A stretch of DNA of 63,597 nucleotides, counting the filler, from Syncephalis fuscata S228 (lineage: Eukaryota; Fungi; Zoopagomycota): assembly GCA_025786725.1 (NCBI GenBank). It is 6 parts of 6 records of this genome, joined end to end, with 100 filler letters (N's around TTAATTAATTAA, not from the genome) between each part and the next. Parts side by side here need not be neighbours in the genome. Positions count along the whole stretch, not along the records: positions 12,975 to 40,126 come from JAHLTZ010000105.1; positions 40,227 to 45,864 come from JAHLTZ010000335.1; positions 45,965 to 59,311 come from JAHLTZ010000249.1; 3 more parts are not named here. One strand, given 5' to 3'. The position numbers and the translations under genes were made by a program. The notes under the pieces are model-generated. The model made no database searches. It was not told the DNA's origin and saw only the letters and a program-made list of their open reading frames with translations. Positions 36,132-50,649 of this stretch are shown here, piece by piece (the stretch's first letter is position 1; each line of letters starts with the position of its first letter).

Positions 36132-39100
36132 ATGACGTGGAGTCTTTCTGATGTGATTAAATTAAACCTTACTCGGGTCAAGGTAGATAGAATAATAGCA
36201 TTCAAATCACTTAACATTATATTAATCCACCTTGCTATTACTACCACTAGTCCCAACGTGAATTGATGTCGCCAGAGGATGAAATCGATGAGAACAATGT
36301 GGATGTAGCTGATTCAACAGCCGCTCATCCCATCGGTGTCATGACCCGTGCTGACTCTGCCCCCACTATGAGTGCATCAACAGAAGCCGACAGTCCAGAC
36401 GAACCGCGTAAAAGTCTAAGTAAACACCGTACAAATCAATCGGTATCTACACTGCCATTTGAAGAACTCAGCACGCCCAATACCAATAATACCAATATGA
36501 ATAGCTTGCCTAGCTCTTTAAAACTTGTGCCACGACCAAAAGGTAGCTTGTCATCGATCACCTCGGCTAGCGAGAATTCATCAAGTGCAGTAGCATCTCC
36601 TATATCTTCCTCTTTCCCAACTTCGCCTACTAATGCGACAGTTACATCGCCAATGATGCGTATGCCATCATTGACCGATCTAGCACTTACTGCTCAAGCA
36701 GCCCATCATCGAGAAGTAGTCACCACGGCAGTGAGTCGTCTTCTTACAACGCTACAGTCAATATCTACTGCTTTTGAGTCCACTGAAACAAATGATACCG
36801 ATCAACCTGAGGATAATTTAAATGTATTTGCCACCAATCCCGATTATATGAGACTTACTGGCTCATTAACCGCCCAAGCAGTCGCAGTCTATGGCACGGT
36901 CCAGCAATTATACTCGGCATTATCTGGTGTTATGCTACCAAAGTCGCTTATTAATACAGCGGCCATCTCCACTCATGCAGATCGTGGACAGCGATTGATG
37001 GATGCATTTCGCGAATTAGACGGTATTCGTTCACAGTTACTACAAGAGGCCCAATTACAATCGTCAACGATCAGAAAAGCCCGAAATGCCGGTGAAATCA
37101 TGCCAGTAGCCGAGCTTATTAGCCGGGCTAATCGAATCCTTCAAACGGCCGATGCTGCTGTTGCTGGTGCCCGTGCAGTAGCTCGACAAAAAGAAGTACT
37201 ATCCCGGTTACTAGCTCGTGACCAAGTACCTACTGTAACAACACCTACTACAGAAACAGATGAATCAGCTTCAGCTGCAACAAGTCCATCTGGTGATGGT
37301 TTTGGTCAACGCATACCTAATGCTACAAATGGCACATCACCAACCAGCTCTAACGCTGGATCACCACCCGGTGCTAGTCCATCAGTAATGAGCTTTGAAG
37401 CACGTATGCTGACTAGTCGACGTGCTAAAAGTATTGGCCAGTTACGCAACGGTGTGCCGAGTGATAATAGTAATAATAATAGCACAACATCCATACTAGC
37501 CCGCAATGCACAAACGGCAACTGGCATGTCAGCCAGTACAACCAATCTATCTATTACTTCACGTAGATCTGCGTCACATCGTCGTGGCACACCTTCAGAA
37601 GGACAGGTGGCCATTATTGGACTGGCATCAAGAGCTATGGTTGTTGATACAATGCATAGTCCTACTGTGCCACCTACACCTACATTCACCACCTCACCTA
37701 TACATGATAACAACCTTGCTAATACTAATGGTAGTGACCGACAAACGCCATCGAATGAAACGAATAATGACATCAACTATGTACCTTTATTAAAATCAAG
37801 AAGTTCAAATGGCAATTCACAAGGTGGGCTGCCGACTCGTCCTATGTTTAATCGTAATCATACGGTGGATGTATTGCCAGATAGTGCTCGTATAGGTGCT
37901 CGTGGCCGTTCCAATAGTGCATTGCCGATGCATGGTGCACCTTCCTCACCACTATTATCGCCGATTGAGTATTCTAGTTCATTGCCTGAACATCTACGCA
38001 TTGCTTCGCAACGTAATGCTGAAAGACTAGCCCATGACTCACTCGTATCGCGTATGACTCGACCACGCCGAGTTACTGATGCGAGTGTTGTCATTCTACC
38101 ACCACCACCATCCACTACCCCGCCATTTACCGCAGAGAGTCGCCGTAACAACGGTGCCAATTATGGCTCACTTTCACCACACTCACCACACTCACCTTCA
38201 TTGTCACCGTCCGGTACACGGTCACCAGGTGCACAGCCACGCCGACGATCACCGAGTCAGCGTCGTCCTTCAATGCCATTTATTATTGTACCATCACGTA
38301 CCGCACCCACCTCACCTAATATACGCCCATTAATGTCTGAACCGCCTAAAAGTGCCGGCCCACATAGTCGATCATTTCCGATTAGCTTATCAGATGATAT
38401 ACCATCACCAGGCCTACCATTACCCGGGCCTAACCAATTTGCATTCTTAACGGAGCGTAGTGGATCCAAGACTAAAGCATACAATGCACGGGCCCGTAGT
38501 TGTAGTGTGGGTTCACTTAATGAATTTATTGCTATTGGCAGTTCACCCCGACCTGGATTGAATTCAAATCACATTAATGCATCACAGCGCCGTCCACCAC
38601 CCATTGGTTCATTTGCGACGACCACATCTCCTGTGACTGAAGAGTCAACACTCAGCAAAACAGATGGTGTAGAATCGCAATTAACAATGACACAACTTGA
38701 TGTTCGTCGTCAATCAGTCATATCCAACGCTTCTAATAATCGATCACGTAATTCTATCGATACAATGACCAGTTCATTATACGGTTATGATGCTATGGAA
38801 TTGACACCAGATAATATAGAGTCAGATCAGCACTTGTCTAATACTGCACCAGCTAGTGCAGCTGTAGACGATACAGCAGCTCTATCTAATTTCGGTGCAC
38901 TTCCTACAAGTATATTTAATGACGCGATATCCAATACGAGTATTGCATCTGCATCAACACCAAAGGATGAATCTGACCAATCTGTATTTATTAATTCATC
39001 AGATAATTCAGTAGTCATTACTACAGCCAATACTACTACAAATACCATAACAAGTCCATTAAATGATAGCTTTGATCGACAAGCCATGACTTTACCAGAT

Positions 39101-40108
39101 ACCGGTAATGTAGCCAGTGATGAATGTGAAGATGATGCAGATGATGATGAACAACAACAACAACAACAACAAGAGACGGCAACAACGAGTGATGACAAGG
39201 ATAACAGTAATACAACAGAAGATATTACCGATTCAAGTCCATTTAAATCTACTCGTTCTCGTGTTACATTTATGCCAACTGTTTGTCAACCAACAGAGAA
39301 TAGTGAAGAATTAACAGTGGAACAACAACCAATTGATACAGCACTATTAACTGAGAATGATAGTGGTGTGCCTGGTATCAATGACAATAGTGACGAGTCA
39401 GATCCTGATGATAGTCAAATATTGTCACCTAAACGAGTACAATTCTCTGTAGAAGCAGCAGATTCAGATTCAGATAGTAAATCTGATGAAGACGAAGATG
39501 AAGATACTAAAGAATACTGATCATAAGAAACACTGGAAGACGAAGAGGAGGAGGAGGATGAAGATAACGAAGAAGAAGAAGAAGAAGAAGAAGAAGAAGA
39601 GCCAACAGCAGCACTTTCACCAACTTTCCTTGAGGTAAGTTATTAAAAATATTAATATTAATATTATATTATATATATATATGTTAATGTATATTGTATA
39701 TTAGAATATTCCAAAGCCAAAGGGATGGTATCTTGGATATGATTATCGTACACAAGATATTATGTTCAATAATAATAAAGTCAGTGGTGGTACTTTAGAA
39801 GCCTTGGTAGAACGATTAACGCTACACGATCAAGCAGCTGGTAAGCTAAATAGATAGATAGATAGATAGATAAATTTATTATATTAAATGTATTATTAAC
39901 AAAATAACCATATTACTATATTACTATGTAACTATATTATAGATATGGATTTTACTAAAGCATTTTTATTATGTTTCCGTTGTTTCTGTCCACCACAACA
40001 TCTTTTGAATTTGTTGATTGAACGATTTACACTTCAACCGCCCAATGGACTTACTAATGAAGAGAAAGAAGAATGGCACACTAAAAAATTGGTACCATTA
40101 AGACTTCG
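36132..40108 (+). CDS. Cdc25-like Ras guanine-nucleotide exchange factor (long disordered N-terminus plus REM domain), 3'-truncated
   Basis: Short first exon 36132-36182, long Ser/Pro-rich exon, then spliced VSGGTLEALVERLTLHDQAA-DMDFTKAFLLCFRCFCPPQHLLNLLIERF...EWHTKKLVPLRL, typical of the RasGEF N-terminal (REM) domain. Stops at 39518-39526 probably come from compensating indels. Confidence 0.8.
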
Positions 40109-40126
40109 GTAAGTCATAGATGACTA

Positions 40127-40226
40127 NNNNNNNNNNNNNNNNNNNNNNNNNNNNNNNNNNNNNNNNNNNNTTAATTAATTAANNNNNNNNNNNNNNNNNN
40201 NNNNNNNNNNNNNNNNNNNNNNNNNN
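40127..40226. other. Artificial contig linker
   Basis: N44-TTAATTAATTAA-N44. Confidence 0.97.
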
Positions 40227-41178
40227 CAATTTCACTGTCGACTCGTTTATTGCACCGTTTAATCAATTTACCCATCACATCGGCTTTAATACTAAGAAGC
40301 CGTCCCAATCTTGTTGCCTTCTTTTGAATATGCTTAATTCAACGGAACATTTTACTTTGTTCTGTTTACTTACAAATCAACAACAGCTCATCAATACTAC
40401 CAATTCCCAGTTGTAGACTGCCAATAAGCAGTGCAAATCCATCAGATATATCGTCGAAATTACATAATCGATTACGCCAGGTAGAACAACAACATAAGCG
40501 ATCAGCTACTGAATACAACGTAATATGCTGTGTGCATGTGACGCTAATCGATGATGAAATAAAATGATACCTTTACGCATCAATGCCACAAATACTGACA
40601 TTGGTTCTAAATAATTAGCACTCTGTGTATTAGTATAGAATGAACGGAAACAGAATAGATCATAGCTACAAGGTAGCTAGCATTTCTTACGTGTATCCTC
40701 GAGCTTAATAGCATCAGTCGTCAATGGATGTATACGGAATATCTAGTATTCAATGTACTTTAATTCTGATTAATTGTCTATTCTATATCATTCATTAACA
40801 AATGCACGTATTTCTGAATCAGTGGATGTTACTGCATCCACTTGGAACAAAGCTTTGCGCAATAGATTGGCTGTCTAGTGTATATCCATTAATATTATGG
40901 CTTCATTTTTCGCAGAAGCAATGCAGCTTTTCAATAATGCTGTCGCCGCATATTTGAACTAATATCAACCGACATTGCTGAAGCAAAGCTGTTACACCGG
41001 TCAGCTGTACTTAATAGCGCTAAATCAAATTCAACATCCTCCAGTCATAAATCCAATTTTCAGCGCTTGTATACAAATTTAATTGAGCAGTGCCGCGTAT
41101 TGTATAGAAGTGGTCGCTGATCTAGCCGTTATTGGCATATTACGCCATAAATAAGCTGACAGTCTAAATTAACCACCA

Positions 41179-42306
41179 ACAAAAGCTGTCGATTGAATAA
41201 TCCTTGTAACTTCAAAATAAACAAAACACGGATTTACCAGAATATACAATATACAATACAGTTTAATGATTTGTAGCGGCGTGTAGCAATAGCTGACGGC
41301 GTAATAAAAATCTCGACCCAATTAACAAGCGTTTATATACCACAAAAGGCTATGTAGCCGCTGCAACAACTGTAGCTTGCTATTTACAAATATTCAACAG
41401 CATAGAAGAAGGCCATGCTGAATAGACTGAATGAAAGTAGACATGAACGACAAGCGGCAGATCTTACAACAAATAAAGCTACTAACAAGTGAACCACTGT
41501 AACAAACTGCGCACGTTTATTAGAAAACAAAGCACTACGCAATAAGACGAGTAGACACGCTAAAGTGTATAGACAGGAAAGTAACTGCTGCAGTGTATAT
41601 GGACCAATGAGAGATAAAAAGGAATGAGCTGAGCTTTACAACCAATAGACCTAGCGCCAAATAAACAGCAGTTTTGAGTAGCGCATGGCTATCATATGAC
41701 AGAACGATACAGAATGAAACGAATATATAAAGTAAAAAGTATGAATAGCAGTGGTATAGCTACTAAGCATATATGCATGAGTGAATGAGCGACATTAGTC
41801 GACATTTATAAATAATAAAGCTAGAACAGAAATAAACATATTTTTGGATAGAGCAAGGCTATACGAGTATAGAGTGATGTATAGAATGATAAATGTACGG
41901 TAAGAAAGCATGTAAAACGACATCAAAGCTATAGTGTATATAGCGCAATGAATGGAGAGAGAAAAGTGTATTGGGACAAACAGATGATAGAATGTACCTA
42001 GTATGTTATAAAATGGTATATAGAGGTGTGGGATATAAAAGAATGGTATACGTGAATAGAGGATATATGCATACTGGATAATGAATCTATAATGATGAGT
42101 ATTTTGATGATAGACGTCACTCACCGCCCATCATCATGTTCAATAGCTGGATGTTATTAAAAATAGTCATTTGACCACCAAGCAAACAACAAATGCGATG
42201 ATGTGATGATTAAAAAAACTCACCATTTGTCCCATTTAGTAGAATAGATGTCTAGTTCAGTTACGCGATTATTATTAAAAAGTCATTTAACACAAATTAT
42301 AATAAA
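41179..42306 (+). repeat. Left arm of ~1.13-kb near-identical inverted repeat
   Basis: Reverse complement of 44733-45864; the ORF track gives identical 109-aa translations at 41795..42124(-) and 44919..45248(+). Confidence 0.93.
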
Positions 42307-42907
42307 GCTATAGCGCACTGAGTGGACTGAGTGAAGCTGATTGAAATGCATAATAAATATAAGTGTTCAACCTGTCATTGACTAATAGTAGGATGTAAAG
42401 ATACAATTTAATGATATTATTAGATTAAAAATATATGCATACTAAATAATAAATCTATGATGGCGGTATTTTGGACCCTGACGTCAGGTACTTTTAATTT
42501 CATGTTCACTAGAACGTGTGTGTAGGTCAGTTGCGCGAATACTATTAAATGTAGTCATCTAACACTAAATTGCAATTATCATTTAATTAAAAAACATTTT
42601 TTTTATAAACATTCAAATTATTCTGCCCACTTAACCGGCTTAGAAGTCAAAGAACACCAACTGTAAATATGCTGTACCCTTTATTATGTTTTGAGGTTTT
42701 AAAGCTGTCTTTATCTTCAATTAATCTCTAAAAATTTTAAAGTAATTATGGTTTTATAAGCTTAATATTTGCTAATTCGACGCATTTATAAAGTCGAATT
42801 TTAAACAAAAGCAATGCCATTTGCTAGTGCATAAACTATATTTTTGGAATAAAACTAGTATTTTTGTGAATAAAGAAACTAATCAAACAGTTATTCTTCT
42901 AAACATC

Positions 42908-44655
42908 ATGACCGCGAATAAATCACGTTGTCCAACGTGTGGAAAGGGTTTTCCGTCGTTAGCCAGCCGTAGGAAGCACGACTTTGAAGAACACAAGGCA
43001 CAAATAAACGTATGGAAAGGTGAAGGTAAGTAATGTAGCTTACGCTGAATAAATCAATCCACTTAACGATCTTCTACGACAGAACTACTTTTTGTTTGTA
43101 CTAAACAAGATGGGCGTTTTGGATGTCCGTTTAAAAATTGCACTGGCAGTTGCGCTACAACGGAAGGATTCAAAAAGCATCTAAAAAAGCACGAAGCTTA
43201 TATTACTTATTTCGAGATGGAAAACAAGGAAGCTCAAGTCGGAGCAAAACGACTTTATCAAGATGATAAAAAAGCGACAAGCTTTAAAAACAGTGATGAC
43301 GACGTATCACTGTTCACCAAAAAAAGCAGAAGATTGGAAAGGAGCTATATTCTACTCCTACTCCTACTCATAGCACACCACTGGCGGATGCATCGCTTTC
43401 CTACGATGATGCAATTCTTAGTGCATTCAACGCGCTTCAAGCGTCGCCAAAATGCCAACAGAAGGCAAAACTAGTTGCAAAATCTAGCAAGTTACATCCT
43501 CTGTCGCTCACAACTGGAGATGGGCGTTCAACGTTTCACGTGCTGGCTGTCTCTGAAGCAATCTCACGGATTCTCTTTGCTCAGCCAAAAGGGGAAATTA
43601 TTGCACCACTGATTACACCCTCAGCAGCAGACAATGCCTGCCTTAATAGTAGCAAGACAGCTGACAACCGTTTACGTCATTGCTTGCAACATGGGCTGTT
43701 TGGTGAAAAACTGAAACAATGTGACATCATTGAAATGAACGATGAAATCGCCGAGCTATTACAAAGAGACTGGCATATTTGGCCACAAATGCGCTACGTA
43801 TCAGCGCAATTATTCAGCAATGCTATACTTGTTGAAGATAAGCAAATTCTACTGATCAACTGCGTGGAGGCGTACGGCCGCAGATGTACCATCGATGTAC
43901 ATCATGAGACAGCGTGGCGTTCACCATCTGTGCCAGATGATGACGACCTTCGCTATAATGGAATTAAAGTTGTGGTGGACACATACAACAACTCAAAAAG
44001 ACTGTTAATAGGAACGCATTCTTCAAATCTTCTTGTGACGTCGAGTGTCCTATTAAGAAATAATCAACAGATTATCCAGCTCGGGCCCAGTACAAAGGAC
44101 ATTAGTCTAAAAGATCCACGGGTTTATTTGGACTCTAAAAGCATTGAAAAATCAATATGCCTTTTCAATAAGGGCAATAAATGTTGTCACATTGATTATC
44201 TTGATTTCATGTCACAGTTACGCCAGGTTCGGTCGAAGTTCCATTGTCCTTCGACATACACACTTTGCCGCTCAAGCTCAGCGGCAACCAATTCTGTCAC
44301 TCGCCGCCCTTTTACCATTTGGACATTGGCGGACTATGAAATTTCTCGATTAACACAAGCAAAAATCGGATCGCAGTTGTTCCAAACAATTGCAACTGCT
44401 GTAATCAATAATGGGCGAAAGGCCAAGCTTCAAATGTCAGATGTGCAAAACATTGCAAACCAATGCAAAGAAGATAAAGTCTTGGTGTTCATAAAGCTTA
44501 TTCTTAAACAGTTCGACGGCCAAGATCATATTCTAATTATCGGCAACAAGATATTGGACACACATCTGCAAGGCTTAGCAAACATTGTTACAGGAAGTTT
44601 AAGCGATGCAAACAAGGCGGTAAAGAAAGAACTGTCTAAAATATTTCAAAAATAA
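42908..44655 (+). CDS. Protein with two C2H2-type zinc fingers and an uncharacterised ~400-aa C-terminal domain
   Basis: MTANKSRCPTCGKGFPSLASRRKHDFEEH, intron ~43026-43082, GCPFKNCTGSCATTEGFKKHLKKH. A 1-nt shift in the A-run at ~43319-43325 joins an open frame (KQKIGKELYSTPTP...FHVLAVSEAISR) to the 43540..44655 ORF. Confidence 0.7.
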
Positions 44656-44732
44656 TTAATGCAATGCTATCTTATTCAGCTGTCTTGTTTGTATTAAAGC
44701 TATCGCATTAACATTAAACGACTTATTGACCA

Positions 44733-45864
44733 TTTATTATAATTTGTGTTAAATGATTTTTTAATAATATTCGCGTAATTGGACTACACATCTATTCTAC
44801 TAAAGATAGGGACAAATGGTGAGTTTTATTTAATATCACATCATCGCATTTGTTGTTTGCTTGGTGGTCAAATGACTATTTTTAATAACATCCAGTCTAT
44901 TGAACATGATGATGGGCGGTGAGTGACGTCTATCATCAAAATACTCATCATTATAGATTCATTATCCAGTATGCATATATCCTCTATTCACGTATACCAT
45001 TCTTTTATATCCCACACCTCTATATACCATTTTATAACATACTAGGTACATTCTATCATCTGTTTGTCCCAATACACTTTTCTCTCTCCATTCATTGCGC
45101 TATATACACTATAGCTTTGATGTCGTTTTACATGCTTTCTTACCGTACATTTATCATTCTATACATCACTCTATACTCGTATAGCCTTGCTCTATCCAAA
45201 AATATGTTTATTTCTGTTCTAGCTTTATTATTTATAAATGTCGACTAATGTCGCTCATTCACTCATGCATATATGCTTAGTAGCTATACCACTGCTATTC
45301 ATACTTTTTACTTTATATATTCGTTTCATTCTGTATCGTTCTGTCATATGATAGCCATGCGCTACTCAAAACTGCTGTTTATTTGGCGCTAGGTCTATTG
45401 GTTGTAAAGCTCAGCTCATTCCTTTCTTATCTCTCATTGGTCCATATACACTGCAGCAGTTACTTTCCTGTCTATACACTTTAGCGTGTCTACTCGTCTT
45501 ATTGCGTAGTGCTTTGTTTTCTAATAAACGTGCGCAGTTTGTTACAGTGGTTCACTTGTTAGTAGCTTTATTTGTTGTAAGATCTGCCGCTTGTCGTTCA
45601 TGTCTACTTTCATTCAGTCTATTAGCATGGCTTCTTCTATGCTGTTGAATATTTGTAAATAGCAAGCTACAGTTGTTGCAGCGGCTACATAGCCTTTTGT
45701 GGTATATAAACATGCTTGTTAATTGGGTCGAGGTTTTTATTACGCCGTCAGCTATTGCTACACGCCGCTACAAATCATTAAACTGTATTGTATATGTATA
45801 TTCTGGTAAATCCGTGTTTTGTTTATTTTGAAGTTACAAGGATTATTCAATCGACAGCTTTTGT
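44733..45864 (-). repeat. Right arm of inverted repeat (runs into contig end)
   Basis: Matches 41179-42306 in reverse; the innermost ~100 nt are more diverged than the rest. Confidence 0.93.
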
Positions 45865-45964
45865 NNNNNNNNNNNNNNNNNNNNNNNNNNNNNNNNNNNN
45901 NNNNNNNNTTAATTAATTAANNNNNNNNNNNNNNNNNNNNNNNNNNNNNNNNNNNNNNNNNNNN
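45865..45964. other. Artificial contig linker
   Basis: N44-TTAATTAATTAA-N44. Confidence 0.97.
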
Positions 45965-48299
45965 CAATATAAGCCTACACAAATACTAACCAAAAAGTAT
46001 GTTAATTAATCAGCTATTTAATGCATAGTCAATTGTTAATTGTTAACGTTAATTTATATAGTAATGACTGGCCATTAGAAACTGTTGTCGTTTTTGCTAG
46101 CCATAATAACTAATTAGCAGTACCGTTAATATATTATTAATTAAAAAGATCAGTAATTAATGTTACATGTAGTTGCAATGTATATGCAATACTAAAATAT
46201 CACATTGCTAAATCATCAAGCAATGCCCTAGTCTGGCGTTGTCCTATAGTTTTAGTTTTTGATACTTGCTGATAATTAACACTTATATTACTGCTTCTTA
46301 ATTGTTTACTATCAAATAGGCTATTAAGCTATTTATAATAAGCGAAATAATTATATACTGTTATATGATAAGGCCTGATGAATGCACGTTTTGTCTTATT
46401 TATAGGTTATACAATCTTGATAGGCTTACGTCTTGTTGTACATGTAACAAATTTGCTATTTCACAATAAAATTTACAACTTTGGCATGCCTAGCGGCAAT
46501 CTAATTACTAACGCTAAGTACGGTATCTAATAACTATAATATAGCTTAATGGACACTTCTTTATTTTTGTTATTCTATTTAATAGTATTAAGTATGGTGC
46601 AGGACAAAATATTATAAGTAAACACAAACTGTAAATAATAAAAGTAATTGTTATCGCGTTTTAGCTAGGTTTTATTTTCATTTGTTACGTAGCAAGTGTC
46701 TACATCTTTGTGATTTACAAATATCTATTTATAATTAGTAACCAATAACAATGACACTTACTGTTCAATGTCGACCGTGTCGCTTTATCCTTTATTCGTT
46801 CTTTTCTGTTTTTCGGCACTTTTGTTTGTCGCAGCCTTATTATTAACTAGTATATATGCCTAGTTCATCCACTACATGGCTTTATTGCTAAAGATAAATA
46901 TTGTTATGCTTAACAACATTAACGTACAAGCATGTAATGTTCAGTAAACACAACTATCTTCGATCTTGTAGCTCATATTTAATAGTAATACATGCAGTCG
47001 AAATAAGCAATAACATAACATCTACACACCATTTCCAACTGTAATATATAGTATATATTATTTATGAATAAGCAACAATTTATTCAGCCATTGCGCTACT
47101 TAAATGCCGGTTTTATTATTATAGAGACATTATGCCGTCTAATTCATTCAAAAGTAATGCAGATGATAAACGTTCTATTTAGTTATTAAAAACTAAAAAC
47201 CATTATTGTGCTAATGTTATTGTACTGCTATGCTGGCCATAATACTTTTCATAGTATTTTTGTAGATGTAGCTGATTGCCGTAGTGGCATATACATTTGT
47301 GAAAAGTTATGTTTATTATTTCTATTTGGTTAATACTTGCTAACCATTGGATAAAATAAAGCATGAGCATGGCCGAAACAACTTAATAAAATATAATTAA
47401 ACGAGGCTATATATTTGCTGCAAGCTTTTGCAGTTTAATAGATATAGCTGAGCTATGACTTCTTCCTGGAATAATAAAGTTATTGACTAAAGAGGCAAAT
47501 AATGCAAATCATTGATTAGGATTTGATGTTTGTATAAGCTAAATAGTAGCTGTCAAACATAGATAAGCCACTTTACATGGCTACCTATACAGCAAAGAAT
47601 ATATTATACTAACAATATGCAGCACGTTAATTTGTTTGCATAGTATATTGATATGCTGTAATTCTTATACACGCAATCACAATACCAACAGTGGCCAATA
47701 AACTTTAATATAGCCTATAGTCACTCATACATTTATAATCACTATCAAATGTATCTTCTATATAATTATATTAAAAATTAGCTGGTCACAATATCTGACA
47801 TTTTTGTACCGTCTAAATACATGGCACATCATTAATTATAAGTCGGCTACAAAATTTATGCTTAGTATTGCTTGCATAAAATAATTATCTAATGCACACT
47901 GTTACATTTGCAATATTACCGTAGAGTTTTATTTTAAATATAGTAAGTTTTACTGTAAGTTATCTACTATAACAATAAAGTATAGTATTTTACGACTAAA
48001 TCGTACACAGTCGATAGCTTATCCAGTACTGTTTAAAATCAACGGTGGTTATGTATATATAACAGCTATAGTAGCATTATTATTACTGTTTTTTAATATC
48101 AAGCACCTACACTATTGCAATCTGATAGCTTACCATTTCAGTATTACTACAATCGATACTATTACTGGTTAATTGTTGAGTTTTACTTTGAATATTACAT
48201 TTGGAGTCTCCAAAGCAAACTTTGTTTTAATTGGAGTTATGCTATTGCTATACGCAACATAGTTATATTGCTTCCTATTAAAATATTGCTAATAAATTG

Positions 48300-48830
48300 A
48301 TTTAAATGATGTAACATACTATTTGATTTCTTTGAAACATTTGAGGCTGATCATTGTTGTTGTTGACCGTGTGTAGAAAGCTTGATCGCGTATTAATAGA
48401 AGCCATATGATTGTGATCCATATCATTTTTCATGTGTTGTTATTGTATCCATGTACAGCATGGTTTCTTGCATTTGAATGGTTTGTTCTATTTTCTATTC
48501 TTCTACTATTACATTTGGGCATATTTGTGATGCAAGATCAATACTAATATAATTGTTATAAAAGTCGTTTATTAAACAGCCACCTTTCCTATAGCCAATC
48601 TGACTAAATAAATGACATTTTGAACAATTAATATCATAATGACAATATATATATATATATTAAAGCAATAATAAAAATAACTAATTAATTACATTATTGT
48701 ACTGATAATTACACATGGATCAATTAATGTTGGATGTAATATTATATATGTTATAGTAATAAATAAGTGTTTAATTGTGTTTAAAAGTATTAAGAAAAGA
48801 TGGTGAAATGAGTCAATAAAAGATATGAAA
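48300..48830. repeat. Dispersed repeat family R2, copy 2
   Basis: Colinear with 16120-16660. Confidence 0.8.
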
Positions 48831-49013
48831 GTGCAATAGTTCTGATTAGTTAAACAAAGGCTTCTGTGTGTAAATCATAATGAATTAAATGACAGTTTTC
48901 AACTTGGCAGTTTATCACCACTAACGTAAAGTGGGTCGTCATCATTTTAGATCTACGCTTTTCTCTATTTTCTATTTTCGTTGACGCGACACACTGACCA
49001 CGATTTATCCATC

Positions 49014-50146
49014 ATGTCGAATGCGGCAGCTCAAACCGTTAACACGCTTATTAAGTATGCTCTTCCTATAACGCTGGGCTTTGCTTTTGTCCAGTCCTCC
49101 TTGTTTGATGGTAAGTGTCGGTGCGATTGAGAATGCAGCTCTACTGCTGCGTTTAAGCACATGAAACTCAGACTAGCCAATTCACTGACATGCACACTCT
49201 GGTCTATTGTTATTTGCCACGATAGTACGGGGCGGATATAGAGCAGTAATCTTTGATCGTTTGAAGGGTGTCAAGCAACAATCAGTAGGAGAGGGCACGC
49301 ATATTCTTATGCCATGGCTACAACGCGCGGTGTTATTTGATGTGCGCACTAAGCCACGTAGCATTTCAACGACCACGTCGTCCAAAGATATCCAGCAAGT
49401 GTCGCTAACACTACGTGTGCTACACCGACCTGACCAAAGCAAGCTATCAGTAATCTATCAAAACCTTGGCCAGGACTACGATGAACGTGTTTTGCCCAGT
49501 ATTGTAAATGAAGTGCTTAAAAGTATTGTGGCTCAATTCGATGCCGGTGAATTGATCACACAGCGTGAACTGGTACGAATGAAGCGTATAAATACTAATA
49601 GCAATACAATATTAATATTATTTTGATAACCACCCAGGTATCATCGCGTATTCGTGAGGATCTAGTACGTCGTTCTAGGGAGTTCCACATTGAATTGGAA
49701 GATGTCTCCATTGTAGGCTGCAGTTTTAGTTGAGCAGTGACTAAGTACTAATTCTATTGACCATGATAGACGCACATGACATTTGGCCGTGAATTTACCA
49801 GTGCTGTAGAGTCCAAGCAAATCGGTTGGTTAAAATAATTGTTTTTAGCCACATTAATACTAATATGTCATGACTATCAGCGCAACAAGAGGCAGAGCGC
49901 GCCAAATTTGTTGTCGAGCGTGCTGAACAGGAGAAACTAGCCTCTATTATCCGCGCGGAAGGTGAAGCACATGCTGCCGAACAAATTTCGGCTGCGTTGG
50001 CAAAGGCCGGTCCAGGTCTTATTGAGTTCCGACGCATCGAAGCATCCAAGGAGATTGCACAAGTGTTGGCAGCATCTCGTAATGTCACTTATCTGCCATC
50101 CGGTGCTAATAATGGCGCCAATATGCTATTCAACTTGGGAGTGTAA
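49014..50146 (+). CDS. PHB1: Prohibitin 1, multi-exon
   Basis: [100 protein letters not shown]. Confidence 0.95.
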
Positions 50147-50649
50147 ATCCTTTCAAAAGCTACTATATAAATGAATGCATTTCAAATAATTAATATGCAT
50201 CACTAAATTTTATTGATATACATAGCACTAATGTTTTAAAATTACATTGATACTAAATGAAAAACAAAGCATTGATTTAACCTGATGTATATTGATGTAC
50301 TATTTAATATGGATTACAAGTAAACACACTATTTAATAGATTTTAAATCTATTGAATGACGAAAGCTTTATTAACACGTGACCAATGATTATTCGTTCGC
50401 AACTATCCCCATTGTTTTTGCTGCCACTTTACCGACTATTACTGTTATCACGCACTTCGTTGCTTCGTTATCGCTACTTCTACTTTTTCTTCTTCTTCTA
50501 CGCAGGCATCTACTTGACTGAATATCGAGCCGCCTTCTATATTGCTTGCATCATCCTAACTAGTATTGGTTTAGCGCCTGTATCTATTTGACCTTTATTG
50601 GTTATCTTTTGTACGCATACCACATTCTACTACATAGCATCAGTTCAAT

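Noticed and set aside
39505-39530. Stop-codon readthrough or true end of the RasGEF at 39520
   Set aside because: Coding sequence resumes in the same frame and leads to REM-domain exons; two compensating homopolymer indels explain the stops more simply.
40227-41178. Possible coding remnant left of the inverted repeat
   Set aside because: Frames I read are interrupted by stops and show no recognisable motif; not supportable.
41795-42124. Duplicated 109-aa ORF (also 44919..45248)
   Set aside because: Lies in the AT-rich R1 repeat; diverged copies near 2634-3085 do not keep a consistent frame, so it is likely non-coding.
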